This document shows positions 40,316 through 49,798 of a DNA stretch of 64,000 nucleotides, piece after piece (within the stretch, counting starts at the first letter, position 1; every line of letters begins with the position of its first letter). Origin of the DNA: Ignavibacteriota bacterium (GTDB lineage: Bacteria > Bacteroidota > Ignavibacteria > Palsa-1295); NCBI GenBank assembly GCA_963787835.1, contig CAWBEI010000002.1, positions 768,001 to 832,000 of the forward strand. Reading direction: 5' to 3'. A model generated the notes under the pieces. The model was given only the letters and a program-made list of their open reading frames with translations. It made no database searches and was not told the origin of the DNA. The position numbers and the translations under genes are program-made.

Positions 40316-42013
40316 TTGAGCCATTTACGATCGAATTGGAACGCATTACGTCCCGCTGAAAAGTTTGCGGCAGGGGCTCTGTTCCTTGCGATCGTGCTGG
40401 AACTTCTGTCCTGGGCTGTGTTTCCGTTCAATGGATATGATAGTTTCTCCCACATCTTCTGGATCGGCGAGTGGCATCGGATGTGGCAGGCAGGGATCTA
40501 TTATCCCCGGTGGCTCCCGGATTCCTTCCATGGATTCGGCGCTCCCTCCTTTTATTATTACCCTCCGCTTACCTTTTTTCTTTCAAGTGCCCTCTACACA
40601 GTACTCCCAAGCCTAAATCCGGATACTATTGGTAAGATACTCGGGATACTCGCATTCGGATTCTCCATTGTGAGTATGTGGCTATTTCTACGATGGCGCT
40701 CAACCCGTGATAGCCCATCCCAAAACAGCAATATGGGAATTCTTCTGGGTGCATTACTCTATGGGTTTGCACCGTATCGCATCTTCAACTATTCAACGCG
40801 TGGTGCGTTACCTGAGCACATCGCGTTCTGTATGGTGCCGATCGTCTTTTGGGGAGCGGATCTTATCTTGCAACGACGTCATGTGAACGACCTTCGCCGT
40901 GGAATGGTCATGCTCATTTTCTCCTTTGCGCTGATCGCTCTGGCGAATCTTCCCGCGGCGTCCGTAGCTGCTATTGGAGTTGTTCTCTATGTTGCCACTT
41001 CCGGCAAAAATGCTAAGGCACGAGATCTGGGCTGGCTATCGCTCGCGGGAATGGTCTCCATTTTGCTTGCAGCATTTTATTTACTCCCCGTAGGAGCCAT
41101 GTTTGGCGACGTTCAGTTGGAACGCTTATGGCGACCTGTTTCGCTCGTGCAAAGTTCTCCGTTCCTTGCTGTATTTACCGGTGAAGCGCTTACGATCAAT
41201 AGTTACACGTTCGTGATGCTTGCGGGCGGGTGTTTGTTGCTGTTCGGATGGATCCGAATGAAAATTGCCCCGCAGCCTCATTTTTGGCTTGTTGTATTTA
41301 TCGTTGCGGCTCAACTTCCGGTGCTCACGCAATATTTATACCGCTATGTTCCTCCGTTCACGATCGTCCAGCTCGCCTCGCGCTTCTCGATCCTGCTGCT
41401 CATCGTCGTTGCGATTGCCTGGCAAGAAGAATTACAAGTGCGCGAACATGGCAAACGTGTTCCCATGACTTCTGTTATCGTGATTTTCTGGTCGATTTGC
41501 ACGATCGGATTAGTCATACTTCAACTCGCGGATGTACATATTCACAAGCATGGGCCGCTTCCCATCGGGGATGCGCCGGAATATGCAACGCGGTGGGCGA
41601 AGCCCTATGACAAATACGGCGATTCGTTGAGCACGCCCTTTGCCAATGATTCCCAGAACGTCGTTTGGCTACGGAATGATAGCGTATCGCTTATTTCCGC
41701 TGTTCGCAAACCCTATTCCGATACGATCGTTTATCGATCGCATGTTCCAGCGCGAACATTGGTCCGGCGGTCCTATTGGCCAACCTGGAAAGCAACTGTC
41801 GATGGACACCCCGTTGCTACCGCACCGGATAGCCTCGGAAGACTCACGCTCACAGTTCCCGAAGGAGAACATCAACTTATTCTCAATCTGGAAACTTCTC
41901 GCTCTGCAGAAACAGGATCGTGGATAAGCCTTTCAACACTGCTTGCATTTATTGTTAGTTGGATACTTGTCCCGAGATTGAGAAAATCAAAATCCCCAAA
42001 ATCGCCCGCGTAA
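40316..42013 (+). CDS. GT-C-type membrane protein (PTPS-related/YfhO-like)
   Basis: DSFSH, GIYYPRW, GFGAPSFYYYPPL and RGALPE; C-terminal YWPTWKATVDG...VPEGEH. Start placed at TTG 40316. Confidence 0.75.
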   Translation: MSHLRSNWNALRPAEKFAAGALFLAIVLELLSWAVFPFNGYDSFSHIFWIGEWHRMWQAGIYYPRWLPDSFHGFGAPSFYYYPPLTFFLSSALYTVLPSLNPDTIGKILGILAFGFSIVSMWLFLRWRSTRDSPSQNSNMGILLGALLYGFAPYRIFNYSTRGALPEHIAFCMVPIVFWGADLILQRRHVNDLRRGMVMLIFSFALIALANLPAASVAAIGVVLYVATSGKNAKARDLGWLSLAGMVSILLAAFYLLPVGAMFGDVQLERLWRPVSLVQSSPFLAVFTGEALTINSYTFVMLAGGCLLLFGWIRMKIAPQPHFWLVVFIVAAQLPVLTQYLYRYVPPFTIVQLASRFSILLLIVVAIAWQEELQVREHGKRVPMTSVIVIFWSICTIGLVILQLADVHIHKHGPLPIGDAPEYATRWAKPYDKYGDSLSTPFANDSQNVVWLRNDSVSLISAVRKPYSDTIVYRSHVPARTLVRRSYWPTWKATVDGHPVATAPDSLGRLTLTVPEGEHQLILNLETSRSAETGSWISLSTLLAFIVSWILVPRLRKSKSPKSPA

Positions 42014-42023
42014 TCCCCTTCAA

Positions 42024-43190
42024 TCAGCGTAATCCCGGTTCCCTTAAAAGTTCTCTCGCGATCACGATCTTCTGAATGTGTTCGGTTCCCTCGTAGATCT
42101 GCAAACCTTTGATGTCGCGGTAGTAACGTTCGACAGGATATTCATTCGAATAGCCTCGACCGCCATGCAGCAACACGGCATCCGAGGCCGCTTTGCATGC
42201 AGCGTTCGTGGCAAAATATTTTGCAACGCTCGTTTCGAGTTTGGTTGGCAATCCCTGATCCTTCATCCACGCCGCGCGATAGACAAGCAAGCGTGAAGCA
42301 TCCAGCAATGCTTTCATCTCCGCGATCGTCGATTGTATCATCTCAAATTCACCGATGGGCTTGCCGAATTGCTTTCGTTCCTTTGCGAATGACACGCAAG
42401 CATCCAGACACGCCTGATGCACGCCGAGCGCACCCGCCGCAACGCCAAGCCTGCCATGATCGAGCGCGGACATCGCCACTTTGAATCCCGTGCCTTCACC
42501 ACCGAGCACATCATCCCCGCTCACAAAGGTATCTCGAAAAATAATTTTCGCGTGGTCGCTTGCTCGATGGCCAAGTTCCTGGCCTGGCATCCGGACTCGT
42601 TCAATATCAGGATTATTTAGCCGAACAATGAACGCGGTCACTTGTTCGTGGGGTTTTTTCTCGCGTAAGGAATCAAGCTTTGCAAACATAATTCCGATTC
42701 GCGCAATATTGCCATTCGTTATCCAGATTTTTTCACCGTTGAGTGAGTAACTGCCTCTGATTTTGGTAGCAGTAGTTTGAATGCTCGCGGCATCGCTGCC
42801 GGCTTCGGGTTCCGTGAGCGCGTAGCAGCCGATCGCTTCACCGCGAACCATTGCCGGCAAATAGTTTTGCTTCTGTTCCTCAGTCCCCCACTGATAAATG
42901 CACTGCATGACAAGCGAGGAATGCACTGTCATAAATCCGCGAACGCTGGAACAGGCGCGGCCAAGTTCTTCATAGATAAGCGCAAGCGAGACGTTATCCA
43001 TCTCACTCCCGCCAACAGTTTTCGGTAACGTCGAGCCAAGCAAACCAAGCTCGGCCATTTCGCTTACGAGCGCAAGCGGCATTTCGCCGGATTCATCCAT
43101 TTCTCGGGCAATAGGCCCAACACGCCCCTGCGCAAAAATTTGCGCTACGGTTTGCCAATGGAGTTGCTGTTCGTTCAGTGTAAAATCCAT
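42024..43190 (-). CDS. Acyl-CoA dehydrogenase
   Basis: YALTEPEAGSD, LNGEKIWITN, RKQFGKPI, HGGRGY and IYEGT. Confidence 0.95.
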   Translation of the reverse strand: MDFTLNEQQLHWQTVAQIFAQGRVGPIAREMDESGEMPLALVSEMAELGLLGSTLPKTVGGSEMDNVSLALIYEELGRACSSVRGFMTVHSSLVMQCIYQWGTEEQKQNYLPAMVRGEAIGCYALTEPEAGSDAASIQTTATKIRGSYSLNGEKIWITNGNIARIGIMFAKLDSLREKKPHEQVTAFIVRLNNPDIERVRMPGQELGHRASDHAKIIFRDTFVSGDDVLGGEGTGFKVAMSALDHGRLGVAAGALGVHQACLDACVSFAKERKQFGKPIGEFEMIQSTIAEMKALLDASRLLVYRAAWMKDQGLPTKLETSVAKYFATNAACKAASDAVLLHGGRGYSNEYPVERYYRDIKGLQIYEGTEHIQKIVIARELLREPGLR

Positions 43191-43202
43191 GTGGTTCTTC
43201 CA

Positions 43203-43269
43203 GTGGACTCTGTTGACTTATTGGACTCGGGTGGACGTCCATTTAGTCCACTTGAGTCCAATCCGTCCA
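43203..43269. repeat. Inverted array of ~9-bp TGGAC/GTCCA units
   Basis: gtggactct gttgactta ttggactcg ggtggac | gtcca tttagtcca cttgagtcca atccgtcca. Confidence 0.65.
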
Positions 43270-43271
43270 TG

Positions 43272-43673
43272 CTAATCATTGACCACCGCGATCCCCTCAA
43301 TTTCGATAAGTGCATCGTCTTCAAAAAGTGCAGATACTTCGACTAACGATATTGCCGGAAAATATTTCCCGAAATAAGTTCGATAGACTGCGCCGATCTC
43401 CCGCAACTGCTGCTGATACAAACGTTTATCTTTCACAAAAATGAGCAGCTTGACAATGTCCGTCATTTCGGCGCTCGATGCTCGAAGCGTTTCCTGCAAA
43501 TTCGAGAGCGCCTGATCGAACTGCTTCACCATATCACCGGGGTGAACGACGGTTCCCAGCCGATCCATCGAGATCTGCCCGGCGAGATAGATCGTCCGCC
43601 CGCCTTCCGATTCAACTCCGTGGGAATAACCTGATGGCGTCACGAGTGTTGTTGGATTGATGGTTTTATTCAC
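43272..43673 (-). CDS. RidA/YjgF family protein
   Basis: PSGYSHG, YLAGQI, FPAISLVEVSAL and IEIEGIA. GTG start. Confidence 0.9.
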   Translation of the reverse strand: MNKTINPTTLVTPSGYSHGVESEGGRTIYLAGQISMDRLGTVVHPGDMVKQFDQALSNLQETLRASSAEMTDIVKLLIFVKDKRLYQQQLREIGAVYRTYFGKYFPAISLVEVSALFEDDALIEIEGIAVVND

Positions 43674-43679
43674 AAAATA

Positions 43680-44183
43680 TTAATTATCATCGCGCATTTG
43701 TACAAGGGTTCCAGCAATAATATCGTGAAGAGCTTGTTTCTTTTTAGTGAACGCCGCCATAATAAAGCCGATCCAGAGAGTCAATGCAGAAAGCATTTTG
43801 GAAAAATACCTCCCCGTTGCTCGCCCAAAATCTATTCGTTCCCCATCAAGGCCAGTCACGCAAATTCCCATAGCCATCTTACCAAGCGTTCCTTGATATT
43901 CGGAACTTTCCATGAGTGCGTGGTACAACCATAATATGCTAATAAAAATGCAATCGAGAATTATTATTACCACGAGGTGTGCGATACTTAGTTTCTGAGG
44001 CGAAAATGCCTCAAACAATCCCACATGGCTGAACCGCCGGAAAGCAAACATAATAAAGAAAAGTACCCATGCAAGTAATCCATCAATGAAACTTGCAAGC
44101 CACCGCCGCCAAAATCCAGCATACTTAATTATAGGCTGCTCCGGCGGCGGTGCCATTGTTACCGGGCTCATGGTATATTCCAT
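43680..44183 (-). CDS. RDD family membrane protein
   Basis: YAGFWRRWLASFID, GTLGK and QALHDIIAGT. Confidence 0.9.
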   Translation of the reverse strand: MEYTMSPVTMAPPPEQPIIKYAGFWRRWLASFIDGLLAWVLFFIMFAFRRFSHVGLFEAFSPQKLSIAHLVVIIILDCIFISILWLYHALMESSEYQGTLGKMAMGICVTGLDGERIDFGRATGRYFSKMLSALTLWIGFIMAAFTKKKQALHDIIAGTLVQMRDDN

Positions 44184-44204
44184 TGCAATCCCTCCTCGAT
44201 ATTT

Positions 44205-44771
44205 TCACGATCCGGAAAAAGCATTCTGGGCTACTTGGGCGGGAACCGTGGATTGCTTCGAGAGCACCAGCGTACCGGCCACAAAATCGTGTAGCGCCTG
44301 TTTTTTGCTCGTAAAGCCCGCCATGATAAAGCCGATCCACAGCGTAATATGGGAAAGAAATTTGGCGAAATATCTTCCCGTCGCACGCCCAAAGTTGATA
44401 CGTTTTCCGTCCAGATCGGTCACGCGAAGCCCGAGCGCCATTTTGCCGAGTGTGCCCTGATTCTTCGAGCTTTCCATGAGCGCAAAGTACAGCCATGCAC
44501 CGACAATATAGATCATCCACATGCTCATCATCGCACCGGCAAAACCGCTGTGATCGCCGTAGGTATTGTAGTTCCACCCATGCATGGTGCGTGTCGTATA
44601 CGTCTCCGACCACATCCCGACGCCAAAGATGAACATGGGTATGCTAAAGACCGCGCCGAGGATCAGCCAGTCTAATACCATTGCAATAAACCTACGCCAA
44701 AAACCGGCATATCGAACAACTGCAACCTCCATTGCCGTGGTGGGGGTAAGAGGACTCATTGTGTATTCCAT
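44205..44771 (-). CDS. RDD family membrane protein (tandem paralog)
   Basis: YAGFWRRFIAMVLD, GTLGK and QALHDFVAGT. Confidence 0.9.
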   Translation of the reverse strand: MEYTMSPLTPTTAMEVAVVRYAGFWRRFIAMVLDWLILGAVFSIPMFIFGVGMWSETYTTRTMHGWNYNTYGDHSGFAGAMMSMWMIYIVGAWLYFALMESSKNQGTLGKMALGLRVTDLDGKRINFGRATGRYFAKFLSHITLWIGFIMAGFTSKKQALHDFVAGTLVLSKQSTVPAQVAQNAFSGS

Positions 44772-44834
44772 AGGATTGAAAGATTAATATACGTAATGAA
44801 CAAAAATACGAAAATTTGAGGTAGTTTGGATTAA

Positions 44835-45266
44835 TCAGCTCGTCGCTCGATCTTTATCGAATAACGAAACTACCCGAATGCCTGAAACGCGAAATAATGG
44901 TGACGTTGGTTTTTCACCGGTAATAAACTCATCCGCTTCGAGTGCCTGCGCTGCCGCAATATGGAGTGCGTCCATCGCGGAAAGACCGGAAGTAGTGGCA
45001 AGATGTAATGCTGCGTTCACGAGGCCGGCAGAAGGTGAGGCCCATTCTTCTTCGGCCTCAAAGAACGTTTGATAGAATTTTGCTTCGATCTCACGCCCGT
45101 GATACCGAGCTTTTGGAATAACTTCTAATGTGACAAAATTACTGGAGACGAATATTCGATCGGGGTTGGATAACACGTTCAATGCGAGTCGAGAAGAATC
45201 ACCAACCCCGCGAGCAGCATAGATCAGAACATCTGCATCGACAAACGTACGGATCTGTGGTTTCAA
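44835..45266 (-). CDS. PIN-domain (VapC-like) toxin
   Basis: TFVDADVLI, TLEV, DALHIAAA and FITGE acidic PIN motifs. Confidence 0.85.
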   Translation of the reverse strand: MKPQIRTFVDADVLIYAARGVGDSSRLALNVLSNPDRIFVSSNFVTLEVIPKARYHGREIEAKFYQTFFEAEEEWASPSAGLVNAALHLATTSGLSAMDALHIAAAQALEADEFITGEKPTSPLFRVSGIRVVSLFDKDRATS

Positions 45267-45469
45267 TGCGGGGTCGTTCCACCGGCACGTTTACGAAGTT
45301 CCCTTTCAACTTCCGAATCACTCAGGAGTGGGATATCCGAGTGCTCGATCTCATGCCTGATCGCCATGAGCCTTCGGCCAAGCGGAGAAATTCCCTTCCG
45401 GGTGCGATCCCTATTCGACATTCCCTTGCGGGATCGAGTGGGTAAAGAAACTTTCTGTTTGGGTGGCAT
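45263..45469 (-). CDS. Putative antitoxin
   Basis: 68 aa; ATGA overlap with the PIN gene; basic N-terminus and PLGRRL..IR..I..S..PLLS..EVERE motif. Confidence 0.65.
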   Translation of the reverse strand: MPPKQKVSLPTRSRKGMSNRDRTRKGISPLGRRLMAIRHEIEHSDIPLLSDSEVERELRKRAGGTTPH

Positions 45470-45528
45470 AGATGTAGTTTGGTAACGTGCTCAGTCTGCC
45501 ATAAGGTTCAAAGACATGAACGCAGATA

Positions 45529-46317
45529 CTATCTCCCCTCGAACCGCGCTTCCCGTTTTGCGGCGAAGGCTTCGTGGAACTCCCGGTGATCGCGGGTTTG
45601 CATCATAAGGGCCTGTGCGGTCGCTTCCTGTTCGATGGCGGACGCTATATCCATATTCCATTCGTTGTTCAACAGGCGCTTTGTCAGGCCAAGCGCAAGG
45701 GATGCACTACGTGCGAGATGCTCCGCAAGGATTAAGGATTCTTTTTCCAGGTCTGCAAGCTCGACCACTTTATTCGCCAACCCGATCTTCTCGGCTTGGT
45801 CTGCAGTAATAGTGTCACCTAACATCAATAATTCCGTGGCGCGGGCAAGCCCTACAACTTTCGGTAATAAAAACACCGCACCCATATCCGCAGCCGTAAG
45901 GCCAACTTTTTGGAAAAGAAACGCAATTTTTGCTTCTTTTGCGAACATTCGGAAATCGCTGGCAAGCGCGATAACGGCACCGGCTCCAGCAGCGATGCCA
46001 TTCACAGCCGCAATGATCGGCTTCTCAAGCTGGCGCATATTCACGATCAGCTCGCCGGACATTCGCGTGAATTCCAGCAATCCCTTTACATCGCGCTGCA
46101 GCAGTTCGCCAATGATCTCATGCACGTCGCCACCGGAGCAGAAGCCGCGGCCATTGCCTTCGAGCAGGATGACTTTCACCGCGTCATCTGATCGAAGTCG
46201 GTAGAAAAGGTCGGTAAGATCGCGATACACCTTGAACGTAAGCGAGTTCAAGGTCTCGGGCCGCGCAAATCTTACGCGGGCAATGCCGTCAGTAACAGAA
46301 TAATGAAAAGAGTCCAT
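45529..46317 (-). CDS. Enoyl-CoA hydratase/isomerase family protein
   Basis: FCSGGDV, PIIAAVNGIAAGAG and DMGA crotonase motifs. Start placed at ATG 46317. Confidence 0.92.
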   Translation of the reverse strand: MDSFHYSVTDGIARVRFARPETLNSLTFKVYRDLTDLFYRLRSDDAVKVILLEGNGRGFCSGGDVHEIIGELLQRDVKGLLEFTRMSGELIVNMRQLEKPIIAAVNGIAAGAGAVIALASDFRMFAKEAKIAFLFQKVGLTAADMGAVFLLPKVVGLARATELLMLGDTITADQAEKIGLANKVVELADLEKESLILAEHLARSASLALGLTKRLLNNEWNMDIASAIEQEATAQALMMQTRDHREFHEAFAAKREARFEGR

Positions 46318-46401
46318 AAAGGGTATGAGTAACGAGTAAAGAGTAACGAGGAATGCGGGATTGTGATTCTTCAATCTCCAAAGTAATAAACACGTTTTAT
46401 A

Positions 46402-46549
46402 TGTCATCCTGAGCGGAGCGGAACGAAGCGGTAGCGGAGTCTTGCGAAGTCGGAGGATCTCCGGTCGTTCACCATTGAGCCAAACTACACAAGATCCTTC
46501 GACTCCGTTTTTCTCTCCTACGTCGTGAAAAACTACGCTCAGGATGACA
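46402..46549. repeat. ~147-bp palindromic dispersed element (GTCATCCTGAGC...GCTCAGGATGAC), copy 1
   Basis: Terminal inverted repeats and internal ggatct/agatcc arms; second copy at 62059-62204. Confidence 0.9.
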
Positions 46550-46655
46550 GCTATAAGAAATATTGGTAATATAGATTTAAGAATTGAGATCAGCCACTTA
46601 TGTGTTCTTTGTAATTCTAACTTTTTAATTTTTAATTCTTAATTCTTAATTAGCC

Positions 46656-48872
46656 TTGCAAATACCGGAACGCATCGCCCGTCTTGAAGAACTTTCGCAT
46701 AACCTTTGGTGGAGCTGGTCTCCGGAAGCAAGGGATATTTTCCGCTCGATCTCCGTCCGCCTGTGGCGCTCGACGGATCACAATCCCGTCCGGATGCTTA
46801 ACCAGGTCACTTTGGACCGGCTCGAACGGCTTGCGATGGACCCTGATTTTCTCGCCAGTTACGATGAACTCCTCAAGCTCTTCGACCGCAGCACAGCAGC
46901 TCGCAGACCGTCCCGAAGCAGTAAAGTGCAGGATATTCCACGCCCGAAGGTTGCATATTTTTCTGCAGAATATGGCTTGCACGAAAGCTTGCCAATTTAT
47001 TCCGGCGGACTCGGAATTCTATCCGGCGATCAGGCAAAGACGGCAAGCGATATGGGATTCGATTTTACCGCCGTCGGATTCATGTATCCGAAAGGATATT
47101 TCGTGCAGGAGATCTCTCCCGATGGCGATCAGATCGCAGACTATGCTGACATTGATATTCCGAACGTAGCGATCGAACAGGCTCGATTGCTCTCATCGCA
47201 TACGACGAATGGCGAACCGCTCATTGTTTCGCTGCCTATGCAAAAGCCGGACGATCTGCTGCATCTTCAGGTGTGGCTTGTGCGGTGTGGCCGCGTGAAC
47301 ATTTACCTGATGGATTCCAACATCGATGCCAACGATCCCGCCAACCGTGACATCACTACCCGCCTCTATGGCGGCGACCGCGAATACCGTTTGCGTCAGG
47401 AGATCGCGCTGGGCATGGGCGGCGTGCGCGTGCTCAATGCCCTCGGAATTAAACCCGAAGTATGGCATGCCAATGAAGGGCACGTCGCATTCATGTTCGT
47501 CGAGCGGCTGCGCGAGGCGATCAAGAGCGGAATGTCGATGGATGATGCTATGGAATCCGTCCGCCGCGCATCAGTATTTACCACACACACTCCGGTTCCC
47601 GCAGGACACGATGCCTTCGCCAGCGACCTCATCGAGCGGTATTTTTGGCACTACTGGCCAGAGCTTGGCATGACCAAGGAGCAGTTCTTCGCGCTTGGCG
47701 AACATCAGGGAATGTTCAATATGACCGCCCTTTCAATGGATCTCTCGGCCCACCGAAATGCAGTCAGTAAAAAACATCGCGAAGTAACCGCTGCCATGTG
47801 GCCTGAATATACTTCAATTACGAATGACGAATTACGAATTACGAATGGGGGAAAGCAAGAAGTCGATCAAGTTTCTGCTACTCGTCATTCGTCATTAGTA
47901 AATCGTAATTTGGAGAGCGTTACCAACGGCATTCACGTTCGCACCTGGCTTGCGCCGGAAATGGAAGAACTATTTTCAAGCGAACTGGGAGCGAATTGGA
48001 TCAAACATCTCGACGATGAAGCCTATTGGCAAAAGGTCCACAAGCTTCCTGACGAAACACTATGGCGCACACGGCATCGCCTGAAGGCAAGTCTGTTCAG
48101 CTTTATCGCAGACAGAGTTCGAAGGAAATGGCAGGCCGGCGACCATAACTTTTCTCAATCCGGTGAGAGTATCATTGCCGAAGGCATCCTGCTCGATCCA
48201 AGCATTTTCACCATCGGCTTTGCGCGCCGGTTCGCCACCTACAAACGCGGAACCCTTATCTTTAACGATCTGGATCGTCTCAAACGTATCGTGAACGATC
48301 CTATTCGTCCCATACAGATCGTCTTTAGTGGCAAAGCGCATCCTGCCGATAATGCCGGCCAGCAGCTTATCAAAGATATCTGGCATCACGCGCTCGATCC
48401 TGCCTTTGGCGGACGCATTGCCTTTATCGAGAACTATAGTATGCACACCGCAAAATATCTTGTCCGTGGATGCGATATCTGGATGAATAATCCCAAAGCG
48501 CCGCTCGAAGCTTCGGGAACCAGCGGAATGAAAGCTGCCATCAACGGCCTGCCTAATTTCTCCGTGCTCGACGGATGGTGGATGGAAGGATACCTGCCGC
48601 AAACATCCTCACACGCTACCAATGGCTGGGGCATCGATGGCGCCACCGAAGGATCCCAGGAGGAGCAGGACCGTGCCGATGCTACCCGCATGTACGACAT
48701 GCTCGAACACGAGATCATCCCGCTCTACCATGATAAAGCCGGTGATGGCATTCCACACAACTGGCTCAAAGTAGTCAAAGAATGTATCGCAACGATCCTT
48801 CCACGCTTTTCCTCCGAACGCATGATGCGCGAATATGCCGAGAAAATGTATGGACCGGCTTCCAAACCGTAG
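46656..48872 (+). CDS. glgP: Alpha-glucan (glycogen) phosphorylase
   Basis: AYFSAEYG, YSGGLG, NEGH, TTHTPVPAGHD, GFARRFATYKR and the PLP motif EASGTSGMK. Confidence 0.95.
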   Translation: MQIPERIARLEELSHNLWWSWSPEARDIFRSISVRLWRSTDHNPVRMLNQVTLDRLERLAMDPDFLASYDELLKLFDRSTAARRPSRSSKVQDIPRPKVAYFSAEYGLHESLPIYSGGLGILSGDQAKTASDMGFDFTAVGFMYPKGYFVQEISPDGDQIADYADIDIPNVAIEQARLLSSHTTNGEPLIVSLPMQKPDDLLHLQVWLVRCGRVNIYLMDSNIDANDPANRDITTRLYGGDREYRLRQEIALGMGGVRVLNALGIKPEVWHANEGHVAFMFVERLREAIKSGMSMDDAMESVRRASVFTTHTPVPAGHDAFASDLIERYFWHYWPELGMTKEQFFALGEHQGMFNMTALSMDLSAHRNAVSKKHREVTAAMWPEYTSITNDELRITNGGKQEVDQVSATRHSSLVNRNLESVTNGIHVRTWLAPEMEELFSSELGANWIKHLDDEAYWQKVHKLPDETLWRTRHRLKASLFSFIADRVRRKWQAGDHNFSQSGESIIAEGILLDPSIFTIGFARRFATYKRGTLIFNDLDRLKRIVNDPIRPIQIVFSGKAHPADNAGQQLIKDIWHHALDPAFGGRIAFIENYSMHTAKYLVRGCDIWMNNPKAPLEASGTSGMKAAINGLPNFSVLDGWWMEGYLPQTSSHATNGWGIDGATEGSQEEQDRADATRMYDMLEHEIIPLYHDKAGDGIPHNWLKVVKECIATILPRFSSERMMREYAEKMYGPASKP
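47816..47910. repeat. Inverted pair of heptamer arrays (AATTACG)n/(TTCGTCA)n inside glgP
   Basis: aattacg aatgacg aattacg aattacg aat ... ctcgtca ttcgtca ttagtaa atcgtaa tt. Confidence 0.85.
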
Positions 48873-48892
48873 GGACGTGCTGAGCAGGTCCA
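48869..48892 (+). repeat. GTAG-type REP overlapping the glgP stop codon
   Basis: gtagggacgtgctgagcaggtcca; near-identical copies at 63528-63551 and, inverted, at 18716-18740. Confidence 0.85.
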
Positions 48893-48957
48893 CCCCTGGT
48901 CTGCGTAAACTAATCCGGGAGATAGATGTTAACCATTTATCTTAATTTCATGTGTCT

Positions 48958-49785
48958 ATGAACTATCATTCGATCCTTCTCGCGAGTAGTTTATTAACCG
49001 GATCTGCACTACTCTCCGGTTGCACTACGACCAATACCACCGACGTTACATCGGTCCAGCCGGTAAGCACGGGGACCATGATCGGCCGAGTGTACCTTCT
49101 TGAAATGGATGGAACTGCATCCGCTTCTTCGGCAGGGGCTACGGTGGGAATTCTTGGAACTACTCATAAGGCGTTGACCGATAGCACTGGCAGATTCGTC
49201 CTCGATAGTATCCCGGCGGGGTACTACAATCTTCAATTTTCGAAGCCGGGATTTACAGAATCTATAACATCCCCCCAACCATTTGTTGGCGCAGATACTA
49301 TGTGGGGCGCAGCCAATGCCGTTCTTTACAGAATAAATAATTGGAAGACAACGCTTTCGCAGCCGACAATGACAGTTGAAAATTTTGAAAATTACGGACC
49401 TGGGGATACGTTGGTTGACACGTTGTTTTATCTAGAGACAGCCCCTGGAACACCTAATGCCACCGTACTAGACTCCTCAGGAAAGAATCTTGTGACAAGC
49501 AGTTTTAGTCCTACCCTGGCACTCTTCATAGGTAGGAACCCGAATATTAATTACCTGGATAGCAGCACCTACTCCTCCTGGACCTATACCACTGTAAGTA
49601 TTTCCGCAACTTACTGGCTCCTTAACTTCTCCAGCAATCAAATCCTATCGGATACATTATATGTGATTGCTTATCCAATCTCGGGAGAAACTCCATTTTT
49701 CCAATATATATACAATGGAGTGGAGGAGACCACATTCACTGGTTTCGGCCCTCCCTCGAATGTAGTAAAGGTCGTCCTGCCGTAA
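48958..49785 (+). CDS. Lipoprotein with carboxypeptidase-regulatory-like (prealbumin-fold) domain
   Basis: Lipobox LSGC; GATV...TDSTGRF.L..IPAGYY.LQFSKPGF. Confidence 0.75.
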   Translation: MNYHSILLASSLLTGSALLSGCTTTNTTDVTSVQPVSTGTMIGRVYLLEMDGTASASSAGATVGILGTTHKALTDSTGRFVLDSIPAGYYNLQFSKPGFTESITSPQPFVGADTMWGAANAVLYRINNWKTTLSQPTMTVENFENYGPGDTLVDTLFYLETAPGTPNATVLDSSGKNLVTSSFSPTLALFIGRNPNINYLDSSTYSSWTYTTVSISATYWLLNFSSNQILSDTLYVIAYPISGETPFFQYIYNGVEETTFTGFGPPSNVVKVVLP

Positions 49786-49798
49786 TACCTCTTACTTC

